In this document: positions 49,714 to 61,644 of the stretch, piece by piece
Layout of the letters: every line of letters begins with the position of its first letter
How positions within the stretch are numbered: position 1 is the stretch's first letter
Assembly (NCBI GenBank): GCA_964625065.1
Contig: CAZUZL010000002.1
Location: 58,067-122,066 of the forward strand
Direction of reading: 5' to 3'
From: an uncultured Candidatus Saccharibacteria bacterium
Lineage (GTDB): Bacteria > Patescibacteriota > Minisyncoccia > Phycocordibacterales > UBA9973
DNA length: 64,000 nt
Notes under the pieces: model-generated
Databases searched by the model: none
What the model was told of the DNA's origin: nothing
The model's input: only the letters and a program-made list of their open reading frames with translations
Position numbers and translations under genes: made by a program

Positions 49714-51249
49714 ATGCGTAAACTCATCATTCTATTCACTGCCCTATTGGGCCTTGTTGGAGCTGCACAAGCTCAAATCACTACTTCTAATGTTACCCTA
49801 TTCTCTGCACAAGGTGTCGAAAAAGGGATAATCACAACTACTAACATACGAGGTATTAAAGATACTTTGTATAGTGTAAACATCTGTATTTCCGCTACTA
49901 GTAGTGGATCACTGAGTTCAATAAAAACGTACACAATACGTGGCAACGATTCGGTTACAACAGTTGTTGATACAATAACTGATGCCAACTCGAACGGAGG
50001 TATACCATCTGCATGGTGGTATGTAAAAGTAAAATTGTATTCTGCGGGAATCGTAGATACAGTTTCTAATGTGGTAGGGCCTGTTAATGTAACAGATTCT
50101 ATTAAAAAACCTTCTGTTACATTGGTCGGAAAGCCATATGTTGACAGCCTTGGCAATGTTTCTTCGTACGCGAAAGTTACAACAAACGGAGATGCTGTGA
50201 TTTACTGGTATGCTGCGTACGATAGTACAAAAGTATATCGTGAACAGAACAGATACTACGACACTATCAAAGTTGGTTCGGGCACAGTAAATGGACTTGT
50301 AAATTTGGTTTTTGGAAACATTCCACTTAATAAAACAATATTTTGTGGAGTCAAAATAAAAAACAAAGCAGGTTCTGACAGTGTAACTGCAACAAAAAGT
50401 GATGTATACATGAACAAGCAAAAACCGAGTTGCGATATCGATTCGGTGTACAGATATGTGGATCATTTTAAAGTTAGATTACGAGTTGTAGGTTTTAAAT
50501 TAAGCACAACAAACGGATTAAATTTTAGAAAACTTGGAACGTCAGTATGGTTATCCGGCGACAGTGCCGTAATAACCGGTGACAGCATTCAATATCCGAT
50601 TATAAATACGCCAAACATTTTAGAACCAGAATCTGGTTATGAAATTCAGGCGTGGAGTAGAAATGCACTGGGTACAAGTTACTCAGTACCCCAAACTTGG
50701 TATACTACCAAGACATCTAGCCCAGGTTTCTTTTCAATAAAAGTTACTAAGGCTGTAGCAGGTATTAGAAAAGACTTAGATGTAAACTTTACCGTAACTA
50801 CTGCAAACGGAACAACAGCAAGTGTTACGCCGAAATTTTCAAAAAGTGCTGATTTTTATACAAGCTCAATGTCAGCTTCGTATGATATAAATTCATCTAC
50901 TGAAAACAGAAGTGAAAAAGTTGTGATACCAAATGCAGTGGACACAGGAAACTATTTCTTTACAATGCAAGGTATGGATAGTAAAGGTGTGCAGATATTA
51001 ATATCTGATATATACACCATCAAAGTTCGTAACTGGACCATGGGTATAGACCCGAACTACCAATTTATTGATTTTCAAACAGAACCAGGTACTATTTACC
51101 AAGTGTTTGATATCAATGGGAAAATAGTAAAAGAAGGGATAATGGTTGAAGCACATGAACAAATTAGTTTAGCTGAACTGCCAGCAGGTATCTATGTGTA
51201 TTCATTACACACAGGAAACTTGTTTACAACAGGTAAAATAATAAAATAA
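49714..51249 (+). CDS. Secreted beta-rich protein with T9SS type A sorting-like C-terminal domain
   Basis: Signal peptide AAQAQ, C-terminus YQVFDINGKIVK...ISLAELPAGIYVY...TGKIIK. Confidence 0.8.
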   Translation: MRKLIILFTALLGLVGAAQAQITTSNVTLFSAQGVEKGIITTTNIRGIKDTLYSVNICISATSSGSLSSIKTYTIRGNDSVTTVVDTITDANSNGGIPSAWWYVKVKLYSAGIVDTVSNVVGPVNVTDSIKKPSVTLVGKPYVDSLGNVSSYAKVTTNGDAVIYWYAAYDSTKVYREQNRYYDTIKVGSGTVNGLVNLVFGNIPLNKTIFCGVKIKNKAGSDSVTATKSDVYMNKQKPSCDIDSVYRYVDHFKVRLRVVGFKLSTTNGLNFRKLGTSVWLSGDSAVITGDSIQYPIINTPNILEPESGYEIQAWSRNALGTSYSVPQTWYTTKTSSPGFFSIKVTKAVAGIRKDLDVNFTVTTANGTTASVTPKFSKSADFYTSSMSASYDINSSTENRSEKVVIPNAVDTGNYFFTMQGMDSKGVQILISDIYTIKVRNWTMGIDPNYQFIDFQTEPGTIYQVFDINGKIVKEGIMVEAHEQISLAELPAGIYVYSLHTGNLFTTGKIIK

Positions 51250-51370
51250 AAAACTCTGCGGAGTTTAAGCCCCGACACAATTGTGTTGGGGTTTTTTAAT
51301 TTCTAATAATAGGTAGTGTGTTTTTAAAAGGCAAAATACGATGTATAATAAAACAAATATCTTTTTCAAT

Positions 51371-51838
51371 ATGAAACACACACTGATTATACTGTTTTGT
51401 TTTTTTACATTGCTATGTAATAGCCAAACCAATACCGATGTAGATCGGGAAATGGTTAAAACACAGGTGGTTAAAGTTGTTAAACTCCTAGAAGAAAAGT
51501 ACCCTAAAACACTGACCGACCCAGATCCAATGAACACGGTTAGTGCATGGATAGAGGTAACTGATTCTGGTGCCCAGGGTGTACGCACAACCGGTTTGTA
51601 TTATTATAAAAATGGTACAAAAGATTTGTGGTTAAGTTTAAAATACTACGACGCCGGTGCAAACGGATGGGGTGAAGTTTGTGTACCCGGCCAGTATGTA
51701 GACTGCGACGGTATGCCACCAGGTGTACCCCAGCAATTTACAAACTGGACACTAGCAGACAGACAGAAATATTTGAATGAATATTTCTGTGAACTAGAGT
51801 ACTGGCAGGCAATACTAACATACACACCAGCCAACTAA
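51371..51838 (+). CDS. Hypothetical exported protein
   Basis: MKHTLIILFCFFTLLCNSQ signal-like start. Confidence 0.65.
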   Translation: MKHTLIILFCFFTLLCNSQTNTDVDREMVKTQVVKVVKLLEEKYPKTLTDPDPMNTVSAWIEVTDSGAQGVRTTGLYYYKNGTKDLWLSLKYYDAGANGWGEVCVPGQYVDCDGMPPGVPQQFTNWTLADRQKYLNEYFCELEYWQAILTYTPAN

Positions 51839-51925
51839 ATACAAAACCCGTTCTATAGCATGAACGGGTTTTTTGATTGCCAACACAATATAACTATGCT
51901 ATGGTTAGAAAAAATACAAAACATC

Positions 51926-52210
51926 ATGGCTCTATTTGAAAACACGAAACCCGTCATAATGTGGTTGCCTGTATGGTACACCTGCCGTTGTGGTGGCGAT
52001 ATACTACAAAAAGTTGAAAAACGTAAAAAGATTTGGGCTTATGGTGGTAGATACGCTGGTGCTTCAAACCCTTACTACATACCTGAATATATTAATATGC
52101 GAGAGTATAAATGTTCAGAATGCGAAAAGAAATTTAAAACTACGATCTTTCTTAGAAAGAAAACAAAACCTACTTTGGTTTTAGAAAATGGTGAATTTAA
52201 ATTCACCTAG
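51926..52210 (+). CDS. Small zinc-ribbon protein
   Basis: CRCGG...YKCSECEKKF. Likely start MALFE. Confidence 0.55.
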   Translation: MALFENTKPVIMWLPVWYTCRCGGDILQKVEKRKKIWAYGGRYAGASNPYYIPEYINMREYKCSECEKKFKTTIFLRKKTKPTLVLENGEFKFT

Positions 52211-52311
52211 TGAATAGTACTAAGCCGGAAATTTATTTCCGGCTTTTTTATTTTATACACTATAACGGAATTTAACGGTCGTTAATTTCCGTTACCATTA
52301 CACACAAATAA

Positions 52312-52337
52312 CAAAAACCACCTTTCGGTGGTTTTTG
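52312..52337 (-). terminator. Terminator of the 16S transcript
   Basis: CAAAAACCACC-TTTC-GGTGGTTTTTG (GAAA loop on the minus strand). Confidence 0.75.
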
Positions 52338-52499
52338 TAGAGGATACAAACTTTCTTTTGTTTCGTTCTGACCGGGACTTTCCCCGGCGTCAACATGGTT
52401 AAGGTCACAACATGCTTGGACCATTATGCACTCGATCGAGCTGCACAATATCGACACCATAAGTGTATATCTGGTTGAATAGATATAAACACGGTTTCA

Positions 52500-54087
<1,588 letters not shown>

Positions 54088-54314
54088 AAGAGGTAAATTT
54101 TAGTTTATCTCTTCGTAAAAAGAGACAAGATAAAGAATATTATTGTATATGTTGTTTGCACAAAGATGAATATATGTAAGGACCGTTTGACCGGCCTTTT
54201 ACCAGATATTCTACTTTGTTATTGTTTTGTCAAAGTACTTTTTACCTTTAGGGCACAAGGCATTTTAGCTCCCCCTGCCCTCAAAATAAAACCCCTATTC
54301 AAGAGGTAGAGAGT

Positions 54315-54342
54315 ATTCTATACGAAGTAAAATATAAGTCAA
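54315..54342 (-). promoter_or_regulatory. 16S rRNA promoter
   Basis: TTGACT-16nt-TAGAAT, with boxA-like GTACTTTGACAA at 54227-54238. Confidence 0.65.
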
Positions 54343-54435
54343 GCGGTTAACCTAGACTTATAAATATGGTGTTAAACGCGCTTTCAATTTAAAAAGCCAC
54401 TCGGAAATTCAGAGTGGCTTTTTAAATTGAATTAT

Positions 54436-55362
54436 CTAAGAAATCGACTGATCTAAGAGCTTCTTATCCTGTCGCTTCTTCAAACTAACAAGCATTGGTG
54501 ATGCAAAGAAAATTGAAGAGTAAGTTCCAGCGATGACTCCGAAGATGAGAGCGAGTGCGAAATATTTTGTTGAATCTCCTCCAATGAAGAAAATACATAA
54601 GAGTGAGATTAGCGTTGTACACGAAGTGTTTATGGATCGTGACGCAGTCTGCATCAAACTGTCTCCAACAATGGAGTCGAAGTTTTCTTTTCGATCTTTG
54701 TCAGAATACCTCAAGAGATTTTCGCGTATTCGATCAAATACGATAATAGTGTCGTTAATCGAATACCCGAGAATTACAAGAATCGCGACGACAAACAGTG
54801 AATCGACTTCCACTCCGTAGAAATGACCAAGGAATGAAAAGACTCCGACAGGAATCAGTATGTCGTGAACGAGTGTTGCGATAGCTACAAACCCATATTT
54901 CCACGAAGAAACTGGGCGGGACACGTGCCTAAAAGCGTACGCAATGAACAATGTGATAAGTAATACCACAGCGATGAAGGAGAAGATAGCCTTTTTCTGA
55001 AGCTCATTTCCGAGTGTTGGTCCAATCGTATTAAATTTCTTCTCAGAAACTTTGCCGACTGTTGCAAGAGCAGTCATAAGCGCATTCTTTTGAACTTCTT
55101 CAATTGTTTTTGATCTCAAAGTAAAACCCATATCCCCTGTCTCGCGAATTGAATAATCACCAAGATCGATATTCTGGGAAAGAACTGTAGTTTCAACTAG
55201 CTGCTTTTCAGGACGATTACCCTCGAATGCAAATTCAAGAACTGAGCCACCAGTGAAATCAACTCCAAATTTAACCCCCCAAGTTGCCAAGAAAATAATC
55301 GATAGGCCGAGCAAGACACCAGACAGCGCATAAAATATTTTTCGTTTATTGATGATCCACAT
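54436..55362 (-). CDS. secF: Protein translocase subunit SecF
   Basis: GVDFTGG, IGPTLG, LVHD, GYSINDTIIVFDRIRE, GTYSSIFFA. Confidence 0.96.
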   Translation of the reverse strand: MWIINKRKIFYALSGVLLGLSIIFLATWGVKFGVDFTGGSVLEFAFEGNRPEKQLVETTVLSQNIDLGDYSIRETGDMGFTLRSKTIEEVQKNALMTALATVGKVSEKKFNTIGPTLGNELQKKAIFSFIAVVLLITLFIAYAFRHVSRPVSSWKYGFVAIATLVHDILIPVGVFSFLGHFYGVEVDSLFVVAILVILGYSINDTIIVFDRIRENLLRYSDKDRKENFDSIVGDSLMQTASRSINTSCTTLISLLCIFFIGGDSTKYFALALIFGVIAGTYSSIFFASPMLVSLKKRQDKKLLDQSIS

Positions 55363-55365
55363 ATA

Positions 55366-56703
55366 TTATTTCTTAGCGAATAAAACTTGTAATTTTGAGC
55401 CGACTTTTTTGGTGCTGATTGCAAGCAACAACCATTTCGAAATCACTATCGCGGTAAACATACTCACGATGACACCAAGGGCAAACACGAGTGAGAAACC
55501 TTTGACAAGTGATGAGCCGGACATCCAGAACAAAATCACCGCGGAAATAAGGCTTGATAGGTTACCATCACGGATCGAAGACCACGCGCGTCGAGTACTT
55601 TCGCTGACAGCTTCGAAGACTGAAAGACCCAGGCGCAATTCTTCTTTTAATCGAGCAAAAATCAAAATATTCGCATCAACCGCCATACCGAGTGACAAGA
55701 CAAATCCTGCGAGACCAGCGGATGTCAAAATCACCGGAATGAACTTAAAGAGTGCGAGCATAATTACCACGTACATCATGAGAGAAATCGAAGCAATCAC
55801 ACCCGGTAATCGATACAACAAAATCATAAAAATAAAGATGAATGCAAGAGACCACGTAAGTGCCTTGACCCCTTTGTCCAATGTATTCTGACCAAGTGAT
55901 GCTCCGATTGACTCAGTTTCAAGTAATTTGATTGGTAAAGGTAACGCACCAAAATTCAAATTTTGAACAAGTTTTTTTGCTTCTGCCGGAGAAAAGTCCC
56001 CAGTAATTTGGGCCGTACCAGCAGTAATTTCATCACGGATAACGGGAGAAGAAATTGGTGTTCCGTCGAGGAAAATCGCCATAATACGACCAACATTATC
56101 CTTGGTTAATTTCGAGAGAAGTTCCTTGCCCTCTGTATTAAATTCAATCGAAACAATTGGTTGGCGGCTATAGTTATCAAAAACCAAGCTTGCGCGCTTC
56201 ATCTGTGCCCCAGTAAGTCCAGTTGGGATATACATTTTCGATTGCACTTCAGCAATCTGTTCAGGAGTTGATGTTGCAGTAACTGAATCGAGTACAGCAG
56301 TATCATTTGTCAGGATTTTAAATTCCAAAAGTGGCGTCTGACCAATCATGCGAATCGCTTCATTCACATCAGTCACACCTGGCAATTCCACAGTTAGACG
56401 ATTTTCTGACGCATCATCTCCGAGAAATCCAGATTTTTCAACTTGAATAATTGGCTCTGAAACACCCAAAATATTCACGCGCTTTTCGATAGTCTGACGC
56501 AAAGCATCCATAGCACCGTCGATATCTTTTTCCTCTACAGCCCTCGTATCCGCACCATATGTTAAATGTGTTCCGCCATCCAAGTCCAAACCGAGCTTAA
56601 ATTTAAAAGCTGAATTTGGATTAACTTCACTTGAATAAACAAACCACGCTATTAAAACACCGCCAATTAATAATGCCAAAGCTACTAATCTTGTTTTCAA
56701 CAT
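55366..56703 (-). CDS. secD: Protein translocase subunit SecD
   Basis: KLGLDLDGG, RVNILGVSEP, GALP, GMAVDANILIF. Start MLKTR. Confidence 0.96.
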   Translation of the reverse strand: MLKTRLVALALLIGGVLIAWFVYSSEVNPNSAFKFKLGLDLDGGTHLTYGADTRAVEEKDIDGAMDALRQTIEKRVNILGVSEPIIQVEKSGFLGDDASENRLTVELPGVTDVNEAIRMIGQTPLLEFKILTNDTAVLDSVTATSTPEQIAEVQSKMYIPTGLTGAQMKRASLVFDNYSRQPIVSIEFNTEGKELLSKLTKDNVGRIMAIFLDGTPISSPVIRDEITAGTAQITGDFSPAEAKKLVQNLNFGALPLPIKLLETESIGASLGQNTLDKGVKALTWSLAFIFIFMILLYRLPGVIASISLMMYVVIMLALFKFIPVILTSAGLAGFVLSLGMAVDANILIFARLKEELRLGLSVFEAVSESTRRAWSSIRDGNLSSLISAVILFWMSGSSLVKGFSLVFALGVIVSMFTAIVISKWLLLAISTKKVGSKLQVLFAKK

Positions 56704-56768
56704 ATTTCGCAATTATACGAGCGTTTTGAGGTAAAATCCAGATGACAATATCAATATTTTGTGTTGTT

Positions 56769-58082
56769 TTAACGACCACTTCGTAGAATAATTGTCCGGG
56801 CGGTCTTTAAGAAAATCTCAAAATCCAAGAAAAGTGACCGATTTTTAACATAAAATAAATCATACGCGAGCTTATTTTTTGTCTCTATAACATCTAATTC
56901 GTGATGTGGGTGATTTTCATGATAAATTTGTGCCCAACCAGAAAGTCCCGGTTTGATCAAATGACGAATATTGTAATATGGAATCTGTGCATTATACGAT
57001 GCAACCATGTCGACTTTTTCAGGACGAGGTCCAATGAGTGACAAATCCCCCCGTATCACATTCCAAATTTGCGGCAATTCGTCGATGCGGGTTTTGCGCA
57101 GAAAATTTCCTACCGATGTTACCTTATCATCTGCCATAGATCGAAACTTATAAATTTTAATCTTTTTGTTATCTTTTCCAATTCTTTCTTGAGTAAAAAA
57201 GATCGATCCACCGTCCTGCATTTTGATAGCGAGACACACAAAAGGATAGAAAATGAGTGAGACAAGCCCAATCGCAAGTCCAATCATTACATCAACCACG
57301 CGTTTAATCCCATCGTACATCATATGAGTATCAGTAGTAATATGTCTCAAAAACCATCCATGACCAACAATGGAAATCGGGATCTTTGCAAATACCTGTT
57401 CATACACTGTATGCATATCAACAAAACGAACTTTTGAAAACATTAAATTGTAGAACCGATTGAGAAGTGGTTGGATTTTGACATTTTCTGAATCAATCAC
57501 CACATTTTTGATATCTTCGGAGTAAATGAAAGCGACGATTTCGTCTTGTAAATTGAGCGAATCAACTTTATCCAGATTAATGTAGTTTGTGAAATAAAAA
57601 CCGTATTTACCACGATTCACCTCATTCTTTAATTCAATCATCTCTTCCCCATGTGCGATAAGAAGAGATTTTTCGCGCTCACCGCGATAAAAAAGCGGTC
57701 GAACAAAAATTCTCCAGCCTGCAAGTAAACCAAGCGAAACAATCAGGTAAATAAACAACGTAATTTTAGGTGTAATCGAAAAAGCCGGAATGAAATAGAA
57801 AAAGACAATCGCAAGAACAATATTCACAATTTGCGTAGTAACGAGGAGTTTTGGTAGATGTCTTTTGGCAACTACATTAAAACGGTCATAGAGGCCTGCG
57901 ACATAGAAAATCGCTATCCAAGCCAAAAATAGTATAGAAAATGGTTGAATGTGACCAATAAGCCCACCCAAGTCTGGTAACTCGATATGACGAACCAGCA
58001 AGGTAATCCAAATAGAAACATAAAGCACAAATAGGTCTCCACACAACAGAATCAGGGGTTCTTTTTTGTTGACTATATTCAT
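56769..58082 (-). CDS. Priming undecaprenyl-phosphate sugar transferase (WcaJ/CpsE-like)
   Basis: KRVVD, KFRSM, RIDELPQ, SLIGPRPE, KPGLSGWAQ. Start MNIVN. Confidence 0.92.
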   Translation of the reverse strand: MNIVNKKEPLILLCGDLFVLYVSIWITLLVRHIELPDLGGLIGHIQPFSILFLAWIAIFYVAGLYDRFNVVAKRHLPKLLVTTQIVNIVLAIVFFYFIPAFSITPKITLFIYLIVSLGLLAGWRIFVRPLFYRGEREKSLLIAHGEEMIELKNEVNRGKYGFYFTNYINLDKVDSLNLQDEIVAFIYSEDIKNVVIDSENVKIQPLLNRFYNLMFSKVRFVDMHTVYEQVFAKIPISIVGHGWFLRHITTDTHMMYDGIKRVVDVMIGLAIGLVSLIFYPFVCLAIKMQDGGSIFFTQERIGKDNKKIKIYKFRSMADDKVTSVGNFLRKTRIDELPQIWNVIRGDLSLIGPRPEKVDMVASYNAQIPYYNIRHLIKPGLSGWAQIYHENHPHHELDVIETKNKLAYDLFYVKNRSLFLDFEIFLKTARTIILRSGR

Positions 58083-58116
58083 ATTGCTATAATATAGATA
58101 TACTATACTAAATTCA

Positions 58117-59148
58117 ATGAAAACTCTATACGTAATCACAAAATCAAATTGGGGTGGTGCTCAGAAATATGTGTACGACCAAGCTGCGATGCGAGCCAGA
58201 TATCCTGATGCAAAAGTAGCGGTGCTTGCTGGAGGTAACGGTGAATTATGTGATCGTCTCGAAAAAATAGGTGTACCAGTTTATCACATACCAAACTTGG
58301 AAAGGGATATTAACATCTTCAAGGAATTTTCTGTTTTCGCTACACTACTCAAAACATATCGCAGCACGAAACCAAACATTATCCATTTAAATAGTTCCAA
58401 AATTGGAGCAATCGGGGCTTTAGCTGGTCGACTTCATAACCTTTTTTCAAAACAAAAAGCTAAAATAATCTTTACTGCGCACGGATGGGCTTTCAATGAA
58501 GATCGTAATCCAATTAGCAAATTTATAATTACAGTAATTTCATATTTCACTATCTTGATGTGTCACGAAGTTATTGTGCTATCTAATTTTGAACGCGATC
58601 AAGTATCTCGATGGCGGGGGTGCTCAAGAAAGATTCGTGTGGAAAAACTGCGAATCGCACCGATTGATTTCTCCATTACATCCGATGCACGAAATATTCT
58701 CACCAGCAAGCTCCCCGCTCTGCGCGAACATATCAATAAAAGATGGGTTGGAACAATAGCCGAACTTCACAAAAACAAAGGTCTCGGGTTCGGCATCGAG
58801 GCAATCAGAAATATTCGTGATCAAAATTTCGTCTGGGTGATTATTGGAGAGGGTGAAGCGCGCACAATACTCCAACGTGAAATTCTGAAGTACAATCTAC
58901 AAAATAAAATATTTCTAGTTGGATACGTATCGGATGCATCAAAATTACTCGGGGCTTTTGACATGTTTCTCCTCCCTTCTATCAAAGAGGGATTGCCATA
59001 TGTTTTATTAGAAGCAGAGCAAGCAAAATTACCGATAATCGCAACTGAGGTCGGCGGAATTCCGGAATATTTTAACAAAACTCCAAATATAATCGTGCCC
59101 CCAAGAGATCCCCAATCTCTATCCAATGCTATTTTAAAAATGATATAA
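58117..59148 (+). CDS. GT4 (group 1) glycosyltransferase
   Basis: GGAQKY, HLNSSK, FTAHG, EGLPYVLLEA (EX7E), VGGIPE. Confidence 0.9.
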   Translation: MKTLYVITKSNWGGAQKYVYDQAAMRARYPDAKVAVLAGGNGELCDRLEKIGVPVYHIPNLERDINIFKEFSVFATLLKTYRSTKPNIIHLNSSKIGAIGALAGRLHNLFSKQKAKIIFTAHGWAFNEDRNPISKFIITVISYFTILMCHEVIVLSNFERDQVSRWRGCSRKIRVEKLRIAPIDFSITSDARNILTSKLPALREHINKRWVGTIAELHKNKGLGFGIEAIRNIRDQNFVWVIIGEGEARTILQREILKYNLQNKIFLVGYVSDASKLLGAFDMFLLPSIKEGLPYVLLEAEQAKLPIIATEVGGIPEYFNKTPNIIVPPRDPQSLSNAILKMI

Positions 59149-59156
59149 TATTTTTC

Positions 59157-59684
59157 ATGTCTAATACCAACAAAAAATATGGTTTCACCCTCATTGAACT
59201 ACTCGTAGTTGTCTCCATTATCGCATTACTTTCAAGTGTCATTTTGGGCGCACTCCAGGACGCACGCGTAAAAGCACGGGATCGCGCGCTCTTTTCGGGA
59301 GTTTTAGAATTACAAAAAGCAGTCGAGTTATATAAGTTAAAGTATGGGGTGTACCCGCAAAGATCCGATGGACAAGCAAACGTAAATATTACTCGAGATT
59401 CGGATGGGGCATATTCATCAAATAATGATGTCCAGCGCGACTACATACTACCTCAAATTAGAGAATTTATTCCAGATATGCCTCAACCAACTGCTGTTGG
59501 TGGTTTTGTTTCATTTTATCATAGTCCTAGCTTCACTTGTACTGACAACCTAACAGCGCCATACATGATCCTATTCACACCTGAAAATATGAGTTCATTT
59601 TCAAACCTACCGAGTGGTCGCAGAACTACTACCACAGGAGCGATCTCTTTTGCTAGTTATGCTAAGTGTCTCTCTGGCAAATAA
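59157..59684 (+). CDS. Type IV pilin-like protein
   Basis: GFTLIELLVVVSII prepilin motif, two Cys in the head domain. Confidence 0.9.
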   Translation: MSNTNKKYGFTLIELLVVVSIIALLSSVILGALQDARVKARDRALFSGVLELQKAVELYKLKYGVYPQRSDGQANVNITRDSDGAYSSNNDVQRDYILPQIREFIPDMPQPTAVGGFVSFYHSPSFTCTDNLTAPYMILFTPENMSSFSNLPSGRRTTTTGAISFASYAKCLSGK

Positions 59685-59729
59685 AAGATGGTTGGCCTCA
59701 TCCGCTAATCATATGATATAATTTAAAAC

Positions 59730-59984
59730 ATGAGCGATATACAATTCGAGGATTCAAATTATCGGGTGCAAAGTTACTCAACAAATTCCAACACTGGCCT
59801 CACTAGCTGGTTGGTTAGAAAAGGTTTGGTCAAAAACGAAGCTGCGGCAGAAATATTCCTTCTTATTATGGCAATTATATTCTTCATTCTTGCAGCCATG
59901 ATGTTTTTCAATGACAACAAAAGTATCATACCGATCGGAGATATCGACACAGAATTATTAGATGCAGAAGCTAACAATATATAA
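59730..59984 (+). CDS. Small membrane protein
   Basis: WLVRKGLVKNEAAA followed by a TM helix, leaderless-type promoter. Confidence 0.7.
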   Translation: MSDIQFEDSNYRVQSYSTNSNTGLTSWLVRKGLVKNEAAAEIFLLIMAIIFFILAAMMFFNDNKSIIPIGDIDTELLDAEANNI

Positions 59985-59988
59985 TTAC

Positions 59989-60489
59989 ATGAGAGGCAAC
60001 ACATCCAAACAAGGTTTTACTTTAATCGAACTTCTAGTTGTAGTTTCTATCATCTCACTCTTATCCATCGTCATTCTCGGTGCTCTGAATGATGCACGAG
60101 CAAAGGCACGGGATCGAGCACTATTTTCTGGAGTTTTGGAGTTACAAAAAGCGGTAGAGTCATATAAGTTGAAGTATGGGGTGTATCCAGCAGGAGGTAC
60201 TTACGCTTCCTACATAGCGAGAAATTATCTTGGTACATATTCTGGTGCTCCTGGTTACGCAACAGTCCTGACAAACATACAGGAATTTATCCCAAACATA
60301 CCCCAACCAACCACGGGATCTGTAGGATTTTACACTCAATCCAATATAAAATGTGTCGGTCAAGAAAATGCCCCTTATGCAATTTCTTTTACACCAGAAA
60401 ATTTATCTACTTTTGCACATCTACCCTTCTACAACAACTCAAATAACGCAGCACCGTCAACTACAGTAAAATGTGTAACGAGCGAATAA
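59989..60489 (+). CDS. Type IV pilin-like protein (paralog of 59157)
   Basis: GFTLIELLVVVSII...ARDRALFSGVLELQKAVE shared. Start MRGNT. Confidence 0.9.
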   Translation: MRGNTSKQGFTLIELLVVVSIISLLSIVILGALNDARAKARDRALFSGVLELQKAVESYKLKYGVYPAGGTYASYIARNYLGTYSGAPGYATVLTNIQEFIPNIPQPTTGSVGFYTQSNIKCVGQENAPYAISFTPENLSTFAHLPFYNNSNNAAPSTTVKCVTSE

Positions 60490-60507
60490 GTCTGATATCT
60501 CTACCGA

Positions 60508-61644
60508 CTAAAACCCTACCAACTCATTTCGCGACAAATCGCGATGTGTTGTCCGTGCATATCGTTTCATACTCATCAGGATCCCGAGAGCGATGAATGA
60601 GACTAGCAGGTTCGTCCCCCCATAACTCATAAATGGCAAGGTTAGTCCCGTAATTGGCATCAAACCGATATTCATCCCGACATGAATAATGAAATGACTC
60701 ATAAACATAATCGCCACACCCATCCCAAAAAATGACTCGAAATTAGTGGCGCCGCGCACAGAGTTTGCCAAAGTACGCCAAATGAGCATTCCATATAGCA
60801 TGAATAAGATTATTACCCCAACAAAGCCCCATTCCTCGGCAAAAGCAGCGAAAATAAAGTCAGTTTGATATTCCGGCAAGAAAGAAAGACGAGATTGAGT
60901 TCCATACCCCAAACCCTTACCAAAGACTTCGCCCGATCCCACCGTCACCATGGCCTGATACGCGTTATACCCTGTACCACGAATGTCCTGCATTGGATTG
61001 AGGAAGTTCATTACGCGCGCTTTTTGATAATCAGCAAGCACAAATGACCACAGGAGTGCAAACGTCACTGCACCTATAGTCACAAGCATAGCGAGATGCT
61101 TTTTTGAGAGTCCAGACACCATCACCATCCCAAACCACACACAAAAAATGATGAGTGCAGACCCAAAATCGGGCTGCAAAAAGATCATCATGAATAAGAT
61201 GAAGGCATACGCCCCAGACACAATCAAATGACGGAAATTTCTAATTTCGATGTGCCGCCGAGAAAAATATTTCGCCATAGTGATCACGAGCACGAGCTTC
61301 GCAACTTCAGCCGGCTGAAACGAAAATGAACCAAGATTAAACCACGACTGTGCGCCGGAATACACAGACCCCAATCCGAACAAAATAGCGAGCAATACAA
61401 ATGCAATCGCATAGAGCCAGACTACCACATTGGTCCGACGTAGAAACTTGAAATCGATCATGCTACAGAATGTGAAAGCAACGCAAGAAACACCGAGCCA
61501 AATCAATTGCCGATTAAAAAATGGATTCTCCCCCACAAAAGAATTCATAGTCATAAGACCAAAAAACACAATCAAAAAAACTGGAACCATCATTGCCCAG
61601 TCAATACCAAAAAACCAGCTTTTGAAAAACTTAGCGAGATTCAT
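60508..61644 (-). CDS. rodA: SEDS protein RodA
   Basis: GAQSWF, FQPAE, QPDFG, GTQSRLSFLPEYQTDFIF, PITGLTLPFMSYGG. Confidence 0.92.
   Translation of the reverse strand: MNLAKFFKSWFFGIDWAMMVPVFLIVFFGLMTMNSFVGENPFFNRQLIWLGVSCVAFTFCSMIDFKFLRRTNVVVWLYAIAFVLLAILFGLGSVYSGAQSWFNLGSFSFQPAEVAKLVLVITMAKYFSRRHIEIRNFRHLIVSGAYAFILFMMIFLQPDFGSALIIFCVWFGMVMVSGLSKKHLAMLVTIGAVTFALLWSFVLADYQKARVMNFLNPMQDIRGTGYNAYQAMVTVGSGEVFGKGLGYGTQSRLSFLPEYQTDFIFAAFAEEWGFVGVIILFMLYGMLIWRTLANSVRGATNFESFFGMGVAIMFMSHFIIHVGMNIGLMPITGLTLPFMSYGGTNLLVSFIALGILMSMKRYARTTHRDLSRNELVGF

Noticed and set aside
52400-52450. Twister ribozyme (TGCAGC...GGTCCAAGC)
   Set aside because: The UAA cleavage-site motif and the 3' GAG/pseudoknot elements are missing.
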